Positions 53,330 through 64,000 of a DNA stretch of 64,000 nucleotides are shown here, one piece after another. The stretch's first letter is position 1; every line of letters begins with the position of its first letter. The DNA lies in contig CAJINV010000002.1 of assembly GCA_905178155.1 (NCBI GenBank), positions 9,373,412 through 9,437,411 on the forward strand, given 5' to 3'. This stretch comes from Amoebophrya sp. A120 (taxonomy: Eukaryota > Protista > Dinoflagellata). A program made the translations under genes and the position numbers. The notes under the pieces were generated by a model. It had not been told where the DNA came from. It ran no database searches and was given only the letters and a program-made list of their open reading frames with translations.

Positions 53330-55030
53330 ACAAGACATCCCCATTTTTATATCATCAAAAACGATTTCCAAGAAACTCAAGGGATCAAATACGGGAAGAA
53401 AAGACAACTAAAAAGACCAACCAACAAAAAAACTTTCTGAATGTATTAAAACCACTGAACATGGATACCACTTGCGCGGGGACGATCCTACAAAAAAAAC
53501 ACCTGTGATTTCTAATTTCAAACAACATCGTGAATTCCAAATTCCCAAGATGACAAAAATTCTTTTTGATTATCGGATTCATTCCTTCTTTCTTTCTGGT
53601 CGTGTCTGGGTATGATTCAAATTTGTCGTAGATCCGATTCCAGATTATCCTTTCTTTCTTTCTTTCTTTCTTGTCATGTCAGGGCATGACTCAAATTGTC
53701 TCATAGGTCCGGTCCGAGATTGTCTGTCTTTCTTGTTCATAAATATCCATCATCAAGTTATGTATAATTTTCTCTCAAAAGATAAATTTGAATGATGGAA
53801 TCAATGAATGGAGATCAAGATTGAAATTGATAAGTCGGTCTCATTTCGGTGTTTGGTTCATATGTGTGTCTGGGGATGTTATCAAGACAAATAAATCTCA
53901 TTTTTTTTGATCCGATAAATCTTATTCTTCTCTCGATTGGAAATAAGAAAATAAAAATCTTAGATTATCTTTTGAGAGAAAATGATTTGATGATGGAAAT
54001 CAATGATACGCCCATGAATAATCTCTGATTGAATCTTCGAAAAATTTGATGTTATCAAGCCAAATAAATCTCGTTTTTTTTGATCCGATAAATCTTGTTC
54101 TTCTCTCGATTGGAAATAAGAAAATAAAAATCTTAGATTATCTTTTGAGAGAAAATGATTTGATGATGGAAATCAATGATACACCCATGAATAATCTCTG
54201 ATTGAATCTTCGAAAAATTTGAGAGAATCATTTTCAGATATGATCAGAAAGAAAAAAAAAATCTGAATTTATTCTCCTGGAATAAATTTCAGAAAAAATT
54301 CTTTCAATCATTTTCTTCATAATTTCTTTTCTCGGAATTCGATCCAGAAATCAGGAAAATTCTAAAAAATATTGGATTTCCCAGGAAAATTTTTAAAAAT
54401 CCATGATTTCTTTGTTTATTATCTCCGAGATTTCGAGAATTAATAATAATATTAATATATGATCCTCGAAAAATCCGATATCCCGAGAATGATCTATTAT
54501 ATTCTCATATTTGGAAAATATCATCGATTGCAACCCGATAATCATAATTTTTCATCCGAGAATCTATTGTACGACCGGAATTTATTGAATTTCAATTTCC
54601 CATTAATTTAAGAAATTAATTTATTACCCCATTCCATTAATCTTTCTGGATGATTTTTGGATTTAATCGATAATCGATTCCATTCCGGGTGAAATCCTGA
54701 AAAATCAGAAATTACATCTTCAAAATTTTGGAATTTTTGTTAAAACAAGAAAATCCTCGAAAAATATTGAAATATTTCCAATACATTATGATCCATACAT
54801 TGATTTTCATAATCTCATACTACATGATGAGATGACTCTAAAAAATTCTCAGACTTTTATCTTTGAATGTGATCCTCATTCCATTTCCAATCGAATCCCT
54901 TAATCTTCATTTGAAATTGCGCAGCCAATGCCAACATTGTTAACAATGTTGGCATTGGCTGCGCAAGCGCACTGCATGCGCCTACACAGCCAAAAAATGA
55001 GAATCTCGACATCAATCCGAAATTTTGGAA
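53330..55030. other. AT-rich non-coding island between convergent genes
   Basis: Abrupt shift to A/T-dominated sequence; the ORF track lists no ORF between 53583 and 54927. Boundaries approximate. Confidence 0.7.
53875..54222. repeat. Tandem duplication, 2 x ~173 bp
   Basis: GATGTTATCAAG.CAAATAAATCTC...GAATCTTCGAAAAATTT begins at 53875 and again at 54048, with few mismatches. Confidence 0.9.
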
Positions 55031-55323
55031 AAAATATTTTCGTGGGGAAACATGAAAGAACTCATCCGTTTGCTTCTCTTTGTGTCAATCTGATTCTTAG
55101 CAAGAAAGTGTTTTCTTTTGGTGTGATTTTCCCTTCGCAACAGCCAATCTCTCTGTTTCATTTCTAGGTTCTGTTTCTGTAGGTAGTTCCGTCATAGACT
55201 AAGTAATCCGAATTTGTTTTTTTATTGCTTCTCTGAGATTCATAAAACTCGATGGTGTTCGAACGCAACACTTCAATCCTCATCGTAATCTTCTAGCAGC
55301 TTGAGTCGAAAAAATTCGTCCCT

Positions 55324-57143
55324 TCACCTCTGCATTCCGAAGATGTTTGCCCCGCGTCGGTTGAGAATGAAGCACAGTTCCTTGCAAGTGACCGTGTTCT
55401 TGCCTTTCAGATCCAGGAGGCAGTGCAGGTCGTGCAGGATCTCGGACATCAACTCGTTGAAGGTTTCTTCGATCATGGGGTAGGCGTTGGTCGCCAGCCG
55501 CCGCACCCCGCCCCGCCGCGCCAGGCGGCGGATGCCCGCGCGGGAGAGTTTCTTGTGTTGCTCGATGTTGTTGAACCCGAGGTTCTTCATCATCTCGTCG
55601 CGCTGCTGGTGGTAGCCCTGGCTCTGCAGGAACGTATCAACTGCAAAAATGTCTGGGTCTGAAAGGATGCGAACTTGCCATGCGTGTTGCGGATCATACA
55701 AAAATGTGTGTTGCGCGACTTGCAAAGGGTGCTAAGAGGGCATTTCTCATGCAGAATAGGCATCACCAAGGGGCTGCAGAACCTGTGATGCTATGCCCTG
55801 CATTCCAGCCTTGGTGTTGGTGGAGCTTGGAAAAACTGCATGAAAAATCTCGGAATCTTCCAGACCCAGACATATTTGCAATCCATAGAACGCGGGGTCG
55901 AGCAGCTCCTCGTAGGTCGGCTTCGGCTGGTCCTCCCGCTTCACGAGCGGGTTCTTCCGGTGCATCCGCGGCATGAAACTGCCGAAGCTGGGGCCCACCG
56001 CCTCGTAGGTGGCGCCGTACCGGGACGCCCGCCCCCGCCCGCTCTTGTAATCTTCCGGAATGCCGTGCCCCCACGTGGAGCGGTCGGCCTCGGGCACGTC
56101 GTTGTAGCCCCAGGTGGGCGGCGCGCGGTTCTTGGGCAACGGCGTGGACACGATCTCCTCGTCCTTTTCCTCCTCGTCCACGTCCATCGGGTCGTCGTCG
56201 ATATCGCCCTCCTGATTGTAATATCAAATGCCAATATGTCTGGGTCTGGAAGAGTGTTAACTTGTCATGCAGGTTTTCCACGACCCAGGAGGTCTGGAAT
56301 GCGGGACCTAGCATGACAGACTCTGTGAGGTCTCTGCCATGCCTATCCTGCGTGAGAAACTCCCTCCCAACTTGGTCCAAAGTGGACAGCTTTTCGCACT
56401 CATACAACACAAATATTTGCATGGTTCGGATTTAGCATGACAAGTTGCAATCTTCCAGACCCAGACATATTTGCAATGCATATGTAAACATCGTTGGTCC
56501 CAAAAAAACCGCCAGTTCTGGCTGCACTCTTTTTATTTTCGTCCTGCTCGTCCGTCTTCGTTTCTCCAAACGACCCGCCGAAGAGATCGTTTTCTGCCTG
56601 CTGCCGGCGCTCCTCGTTTTTCCTCTGCGCCTCTCGGAACTGATCGAAGACACTCTTTTTCTGCTGCTTCTTCTTGTCACTCTTCTTGCCGCTCTCCTGT
56701 GATGGAAAGTATTCCCTGAAAATCTTCAACCATCCCCAGCATCGCCATCCACTCTGTACATGCCTAGAAAAGTAGGAGCCGACTTTGGTTGCTCCATATT
56801 TTGCATGATCAATCTTCACTGGGGATGGTTGATTTTCAAAGAATAGGGAAAACACTGGACTGGCACCGTTTTGCGGTGGTGCAGAACCTGCTAGTTGGTC
56901 CTCTGTATCGAGCTCCGCGAGCAGCCCCTCCATGGGCGCAAACACGTCGTCGATTGTGAAGTTTTTCTGCTTTTGCATTTCTTCTTCCCGAATTCTGCGA
57001 TCCAAAAACGCAACGCCGGTGCTTTCAGGAAATTGTGGAGCAGGCAGGCCCTGTGGTCGGTCGTTGCTGTAGTAAGTATTGTTGCCCGGACGGCTCGAGG
57101 ACGAGGCCGCCCCGCCGCCGGAGGGGGCGAAATCAAAGTTCAT
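55324..57143 (-). CDS. Divergent histone H4-fold protein with long N-terminal extension (~384 aa)
   Basis: C-terminus LSRAGIRRLARRGGVRRLATNAY...KNTVTCKELCFILNRRGANIFG aligns to H4 (ITKPAIRRLARRGGVKRIS...[22 protein letters not shown]). Joined in frame to upstream ORFs by removing the elements. Confidence 0.82.
55635..55887. mobile_element. Introner-like TIR element, family A
   Basis: Direct repeat GAACG. Removal restores DPAF-LQSQ on the minus strand. Confidence 0.9.
56222..56482. mobile_element. Introner-like TIR element, family A
   Basis: Direct repeat TGTAA. Removal restores NDVY-NQEG on the minus strand. Confidence 0.9.
56710..56845. mobile_element. Short introner-like TIR element (distinct family), direct repeat decayed
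   Basis: TATTCCCTGAAAATCTTCAACCATCCCCAG ... CTGGGGATGGTTGATTTTCAAAGAATA. Length 136+5 = 141 nt, frame-neutral and stop-free on the minus strand. Confidence 0.65.
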
Positions 57144-58564
57144 TTTGATGCTTCTCTAGGGTGGTGTGAATCACCGGTGTTGCAGTTTCACAAGGGGTGC
57201 TTCTGTTTACCAACCTATGGATCATGCTCTCTTCGTTTAGTTGTAGTTGATGTCAGTAGAAAAGTACGATCATCGAGCAAGTCGAATAAGGACCTCCTCA
57301 GCGTTTCTCGGAAAGACAAAGAAGGCAATCGAAAAAGCAAAAAACTCTCGCTCTCGTCATGAACCGCGAGCACAACAAACAGATCGGGCCGAGTTTCTAT
57401 TGCGATTTTGATTTTGTTCGACTTCGAGGAAAGGTTGCATAATCGCTACGCTAGCCGGTGCCTGCCAATCGTGTAGCCCTGTGAGAAGTACTCAAGATCC
57501 TCGTCGTCCGCATCGGTACGGCGCACATCAATCCTACTCAAGCGAATGGAACATCAGAAAACTTGATAAACAACAAAGGAAGTAAGTACTTTTGCTCAAG
57601 CGCGCATTGAAGTGTCCACTACTTCCACACTGGAGCGAAGCACTCAACGTTCTTGAGATATTATCCATTGTAGATGTAGTCGTTTCATTTTCATTTATAT
57701 CGCAACACGTTCAGATACCCATGCTTTCGATTCCATGTTGATGTCATGATGCCTGAGAAGGACAGAGAAATGTGCTGTTCGTATTCGTTCTTTTTCTCTG
57801 CAACTGTATCTCGCTCTCCTTCAATATCATATTTATAAAACAGTCGGAGTAGATGTTGATCGTTAGATTGATTGAGTACCGTGTCAAGGTCGGTCTAGTC
57901 AGCCAGGGGTCTTGTTGGGGGGTAATTTGTTGCTTTTTTTCATCGTCTGCTGCTGTTCTTTTTAAGTATAAGTTACGTTACGGTTACAACCAAATGGAAA
58001 TATACTATAAAACTGCACGAAATTTCCCTAAATAAACATCGATAGTTTCGGTCTGACGGTGTGGATGTACGGTGCGCCTACTAGTAGAGGTTTTCTATCC
58101 ATCGCAACTGCGGGGTCACGTGAAAATCTAGAAGACTGGCGTGGTGCTTCTCTGCACGCCGCTGTTGCAAATTGTGTCAGGGTGTGGCCGACTGTGACTG
58201 TCGCTGAAAATTCATACAAAAAAGTGGCAGCCTGTTCTTTCATATCCAGGGTGCAAGTGATGCTCATCTCAGCTACGCGGCGGGGTAAAAACATCAGTAA
58301 TGAACGGCAACGGAGTTACTATAAACAGGTTTGAAAATAAATGGTCCTTAGCCTTACGCTTACTTCCGCTCACCGAACGCAAACAGGGAAAATAAAAAGG
58401 TGGCAATGTGATTCACGGTTGTTTTTTTTTCGGATACACTTACACGACGACGTATGTCTAAAGTAATAACACCTAACAGCGGACTCGAGAACATACTCCA
58501 TATTGATATTTTTCTACTTTTGGTCCTGCTTTCTGTACAAGTACACCGCAATAGTTCTGGTCCC

Positions 58565-60556
58565 TTACTCCTCTGCCGGCGCGGACGGGGGCGGGTTCAT
58601 GCCCAGGACCCGCTTAATTTCGTACAATGGTACACAGGCGACCTGGCGGCGGTGCTCCTCCTCCGCGGCTTCGTCCTCCCCGGGCGCAAAACACCAGTTG
58701 TTGCAGATCTTGTCGCAACCCCAGATGATGTAGCAATATGCAATACAAATTTCCCGTACAGCACGTACAAAATAATATAAATTGGAAGATATGTATCTTC
58801 ACAAATTTCTTACTCTCCAATTTCGACTGTAACGCTTGTAATGCTGGCTAGGATCGACGGCAAGTTTTGTCATTGTCTGTCATGCGGACACCGTATTTTT
58901 ACATCCGTCGACGTGTACGGCGAATTTACTGTGGATAGGCAGTGGTGCACGTACATGAGGCAGCGGAACAGCCAGAAGCCGCCGTAGCCGACGCACTGGT
59001 GGAAGACTTCGTACTCGGGCTCGTCCATCGGCGCGTGGCACTTCTTCCCCTTCAGGCCCTTCTCCTCGGAGGTGAGCTTGCGAAACCCAAACTTCCACGT
59101 GGACTCGCAGACCGGAATCTTGTAGTAGTCCGCCAGGAAGGGGATGTTGTGGATAAACCGCTCGTACCGCACGAAGTTGCACAACTTGTCATCTTCGTCC
59201 TCTTCCCGCGTGATCTCAAAACCCACATCCATACCCACGAGACCGACCTGAGTGAAGAGCGCGCTCGATTTAGATGTTTCATTTGTCGTGTTTTACACAA
59301 CTAAAAGCTGGTGGTGAAGAGTGGAGGTAGACTGGAGATGTTTTGTTCTCATCGTAGAACTAGAAGATCATGTTGTTGTCATTCTTGTCAAAAATCTAAA
59401 AAAAGTAAAAATTGATCTTATTATCTACATAGCATCTGCTCTCGTCCATGGTGAGGAGCGCTGGCTTCTCGTCCGAAGGCGGCACGCCGTCCCACGTGAC
59501 TTGGTCCATGACAAACTTGAACAGCATGGGCACTGGCATCATCACCTCCAGCAAGTCGTGAGCCTCGTAGAACTCCGCGAGCGCGTCCGGATCCTTGCCG
59601 CAGGTGAACCGGTCATCGATGATGGTGGAGTTGGTGGACCCAAACTGGTACTGCAAGAGGCAGTTCGCGCCGATGAAGCCCGCGATAAACTGCGGCGACC
59701 GGAGAAAGGACCCCGTCGTGTGTATTGTGAGGAAAAATCCCCCCTCCCCACACTGAAAAGGTATGCTCCTAAAAATTTGCGCTGCTGATTTGTGCCTGTT
59801 TTCCTCCCGATATCCGCAGGCCGGTCGCTGCTGATTTGTGACCACAAATCCTGTCTCTCTTGCAAGGGGGCAAATCAAAAGAATCCGCCGACTTATACAG
59901 GCGATTTGTAATGCTGTTACGGCTAGATGACAGGCCTCTGCTATGCCAAGCACCTACGCCGAAACACCCCTTCGCAGGCTTAGGCTTTGCCTGTAGTGTC
60001 TCACTGCAAGATAAATCCGATTTGTGTACACAAATCCAGCATCACAGATTTCCGTTTTGATATGGGGAGGGGGGATTTTTCCTTACGATAGTGTGCTGCT
60101 TCGCGCCCTCGCCGCCGGCGGACTCCGCCGTTGCTGTGGCGAACGCCTTGGATTGCGAATAGAACGGGCTTATCAAATGTAAAAATGTCTGGGTCTGGAA
60201 GATTCTGAGACTTGTCATGCACGTTTTGCATGAGCCATGATGTCTGTGATGCATGCCCTAGCATAACAGATTTTTTGAGGGCTTCTTGATACCTATCCGC
60301 ATGACAAATGCCCTCTCCGCGTAGCAAGAATTACATTTCCATTGCTGCTCACGCAATACAGATTATATTGAAATCCAAATGCAGCATCACAAGTTGCATT
60401 CTTCCAGACCCAGACATTTTTACATTTCATAGGGCTGTTCAAAAAGCCGCGCTGGTTTGCGTTGCCGCTTGCATTTTTCCAGAACAAAGCCGCCTGCTGT
60501 TGACCGTGCTGCCTTTTCAGCACCTGCTGCGCGCCGACACGGGCACGCGATAACAT
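58565..60556 (-). CDS. Hypothetical protein with possible mitochondrial presequence
   Basis: Basic, acid-free N-terminus MLSRARVGAQQVLKRQ.... ORF pieces join in frame after removing three elements and one GT-AG intron; ends ...LGMNPPPSAPAEE*. Confidence 0.65.
58737..58937. mobile_element. Decayed introner-like element (distinct family)
   Basis: TATGCAATACAAATTTCCCGTACA ... TGTACGGCGAATTTACTGTGGATA, flanks AGCAA/GGCAG. Removal joins VHHC to (Y/H)IIWGCDK. Confidence 0.7.
59723..60090. mobile_element. Introner-like TIR element, family D
   Basis: Family D TIRs, direct repeat GTGTG. Removal restores KQH-TTGS on the minus strand. Confidence 0.9.
60171..60431. mobile_element. Introner-like TIR element, family A
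   Basis: Family A TIRs, direct repeat GGGCT. Removal restores LNS-PFYS on the minus strand. Confidence 0.92.
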
Positions 60557-61592
60557 ATTGTCAGCCGAGCTATTTTCCTCTCCGCGCTAAAGTCAGTCGT
60601 GTGAGAATATTTTTGTATCGGTTTATTTAATGCTTCTGAATGGAAAATATTACAACCAGCTCTGTGCAGATATGACACGAAATATGACAGTACTGACGGT
60701 GTTGAAACAAAGTGAAAGCTACTGCTTCGCACTCTCCAAAAATACAATCAACCAACTCTTAAACAAAGTTCTAGTAAATGGCCGCGAGACTCCAATTATT
60801 TGTCTTGGTGTGCAAACTTGTACACCGTACTTCTACCCCCTCTGAGATCAAAAGGTATCGATGTCTACAGCTCCCTCTACTGAAACTAACAAGACCCCGA
60901 TATTTTTCTGTGACCTTTTTGGTTTTGAATTCTTAGTGTTCGGGCCGAAGCATAAGTTTTGAAAAATGTTGGGAATGTGGGTAATGTGTGCGAGGCCGAT
61001 AAACCTTCACTACACTTCTGTCGTACACACTGGAAAACAAGGGTGTTTGATAGATTGTCAAGAGCTCTCTACCTTACTTACTTATTCTCTTTCGGACGGA
61101 GACAAGAATATGTCAAAGGAGATCTGCTCTCTTGGTAATTTAGTACTCACTCAGCTCGCCGTCCCAGAAGAAAACTGTAGCAAAAAAACCGATAATCATC
61201 TTCACTCGGTCAAGTTGTAGAAGCAGAAAAAGTTTGTCTCTATGACTCTTCCCTGCGATACTTTTCAAGACCACTCAAAAAAAATTCTTCCTCACTGAAC
61301 ATCGCTCGTGGCGGAGGAACATCGAAACTGAAAATGCTCTTTTTCACGTCAGCAAGGGCGCGCAATCAGGCACCCACGTCCTCGCATTCGCAAGACCGCC
61401 ACGAATGTCACCACGCGCAACAAGGTGCTAGATCTTCACGGTTATTCTTCACACAAAGGTCCTACTAGTACGTCCATCCTGATTTCTGGTAGCAAAAGGA
61501 AAAGACTTCACATTTTCGCGCTGAATAAGGACCAGAATTATGCTAAACCTGGTGTTTCAACGTCTGAAGCATTCTTTCTTCCATAAATCTTC

Positions 61593-63872
61593 TCAAAAGT
61601 TATCTTTCGCTTTGAAGCAGTTGAACCCGTCAACCGCGGTCGAGATTACCATGCCCGGGATCTGTGGGTGCCACATGGCCTCCCGCACGTCCTGCTGGCC
61701 TTGGTGGAGGAAGAGCAGCTGCGGAGGGAAGTCCTCGGCACCCTCGACGTTCTCGTGCATCTCCTTCAAGGCCTCCTCGTCCAGCTCCACCGCCATGTCC
61801 CACAGACTCAGCGTCTGGTCGCAAGACGCCACGCACAGACTGGCTTCGTCCAACGGGTGCCAGTGGATGGCGGTGATCGCGTTGCGGTGGTAGTCAAACT
61901 CCGCCATCAGTGCCTGATCCCCATTCTCCGCGGCCGCTGCGTTCGGCGTCTGTCGTGTTTATTGTTGAAAGATCTACTGTAATTGGCAATCCGCGTTGGT
62001 TCTTGTTTTATCTTTCTACTCCTTGTTTGGTGATACTGATACAGCTGGATAAAAATTAAACACACTGCATAGCAAAGGCAAATCATCCCTTCCGTAAGAG
62101 GGTGAGTCACAAAAACTGTTATGAAATTCTCTACCGCGTGTCGAATGTCGAAGACTTTTATGGAGCCATCGTCGGCACCGGAGGCGATGATGTCGCCCTG
62201 GAGGGGGTTCCAGTCGAGCACATTCACGTCGTACCCGGACCCGTCTTCGCTGTGCTGCAGCGAAATCACGGACTTCTTCTTCCCTTGTCGCACATCGTAA
62301 ATCTGTTATTGTTGAATCAAAGCAAGCCTTGTCACGAGATTTATTGTTGTCAAGAAACGATTATCACTTGAGAAGGGTAGGTACATGCACCCGCGAGGGG
62401 GGGGGTACTACGAAAAATCACTCAGATAGTTCATTTCAGCTTTAACTTTTTTACTCGCTGGATTTTTTTGTCGTATTTTATCATAAAGTCGTATAGATGC
62501 AGAAGCGATTCGTTCCCTTTAAACTTCAACCGTACCTGCACAGTGCCGTCCCCGCCGCAACTGGCGAACACCGTTTCGCAACCGTTGCCTTTTCGCTTGA
62601 ACTGCAAATCCTCGATTGCTGTGCCCTTTTTGTGCCCGATGAAGCTACTGGGGTCGATCGACCAGCCGCCCTCTCGGGGTTTCCAGAACCGCAGCACGCC
62701 GTCGTTGTCGGCGGAAACGAATTCGCCGGGCTTGTGCCAGTTCCAGGCCATAGCGTAACCCTCCGTCTTGTGGTCCGATGGGGAGGATTGGAAGATGGGC
62801 TGTGGTGAGTTGATGTTTCCAGGGTCGTTCTATCTTTGTGCAACTTTAAAAAGCACAATACATCATTTTGGTCGGAAGTATAGATACGTAACTACTTCCA
62901 ATACGTTGTACGAGCTCCCTATTTGAATTATGAAAGATGATAAGCTCCCAATGAGTTCCAGTAAAATCAACTTTCTAGTACCTTTTTTACGACCATTTCG
63001 GAGGTGCTGCTGCTGCTCTGTTCCTGTCCGACCGCGACAAATTCTTCGGCCAAGTTCCACATGTTGACCCTTCCGTTCTCGGCCCAGGTGGCCACGATGC
63101 CCTGCGCGGCCCCCGGCATCGCCTTGATGCGGTTGACCGTGCCCCCCACGTGCTGCACTTTTCTGCAGGCGAATTTCGGCTCGGATTTCGCCTCGTCCTC
63201 GCTTTCCGAGCCTGAATCGTCGTCGCTGTCGGACTCGTCCTGCTGTTCGCACAGGTTCGACCACTTCATCACGTAGATGCAGTTGTCCTTCTCGTTCTGC
63301 GCCTGACTCCCGGCGACCACGGTGCAGGTGTGCGGAAACTCCCGCCGCGCGCCGCCCAGCGTATCCTGCACAATGTCGAAAGAGAGGCACGGCCACTCCG
63401 TGTTCAGTTTGTGCAGCATTTGGTACGCGTTTGGGTCGTATTGCAGTTCTTCGTCCTCCGCGAGTTCGTCCTGCCCGGGGCGGAACACCTTGGTCTTGCT
63501 CGCCGCGGTCTTGTCCGGGTTCTCAATCGGGTTGCCGTTTTCGTCGAGGAAAATCCCCTCCTCGTCGCTGTCCTCCTCCTCCAAATCCAGCTCGGAATCA
63601 TCCTCTGCATCGGAGTCTACTTCGTTTGCAGCTTTATTCTTCGCGGTTGCAGAGGACGAGAGCTGCTGTGCCGCTTGTCCTTCGCTGGCCGCGGAAGGAC
63701 TGCTGTTCGTCACGTTGGTAGTTTCCTCGCAAGAACCCATATCCACATCACCGCTGGTATCCTCTTTGCAACGCTTAGCCTTCAGCTCCTTAGTGCGGCC
63801 AGGCTCGTCGCCGCGCTTGTTTGGGACAGCATGAGCATTGCTATCTGTCATCATTGCGTCTTCGCCCGCCAT
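61593..63872 (-). CDS. GRWD1: Glutamate-rich WD40 repeat protein 1 / ribosome assembly factor Rrb1
   Basis: ELQYDPNAYQMLHKLNTEWPCLSFDIV, GTVNRIKAM, EGYAMAW, IEDLQF, DVNVLDWN and PPQLLFLHQGQQDVREAMWHPQIPGMVISTAVDGFNCFK. Three canonical GT-AG introns. Confidence 0.9.
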
Positions 63873-64000
63873 CGTATTAAGATTGTCTATGTCTCTGTCG
63901 CTGGGTCGTCTTAGAAACATGCGCTTGAAATTAGTAAATGACAATAAGCAACAAGTGGGCGGGCGGCTCCTTGGACAAATGCTTGAAGATAATAGTAGAT

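Noticed and set aside
501-60431. CRISPR-like or REP-like reading of the recurring ~30-bp repeat
   Set aside because: Copies occur as dispersed inverted pairs with homologous interiors and target duplications, there are no cas genes, and the context is eukaryotic.
166-60431. Apparent excess of codon phase 1 insertions (about half of those scored)
   Set aside because: The sample is too small to distinguish from chance, and the true cut position within the duplication is unknown.
304-60553. Many short ORFs sharing peptides such as CKNVWVWK, FQTQTFLHLI, LPDPDIF and KEKSPLP
   Set aside because: These are translations of family A and D TIRs, not a protein family.

Overview
Gene-dense eukaryotic DNA with spliceosomal GT-AG introns and no prokaryotic operon structure. 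The dominant hidden signal is about 30 short (127-471 bp) non-autonomous elements. They are bounded by terminal inverted repeats (TIRs) beginning TAT and ending ATA and flanked by 5-bp direct repeats; 22 have perfect direct repeats and 8 are decayed. Every one sits inside a coding exon, and removing the element plus 5 nt restores the reading frame, so they behave as non-canonical introner introns. This architecture resembles that described for the parasitic dinoflagellate Amoebophrya (organism inferred, not proven). Genes reconstructed after removing them: an F-box-like hypothetical protein; a CPHC thioredoxin/PDI-like protein; a bacterial-type proteorhodopsin-like protein (DTE motif) with an ~80-aa E-F loop insertion and a long tail; two tandem giant Mps1/TTK-like kinases, each with a transmembrane helix (the first has a thrice-repeated unrecognised domain); an S28 Pro-X carboxypeptidase; a histone H4-fold protein with a ~300-aa N-terminal extension; GRWD1/Rrb1; and three hypothetical proteins. 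There is also an AT-rich island with a 173-bp tandem duplication. All gene models and coordinates were derived by hand and need RNA-seq confirmation.
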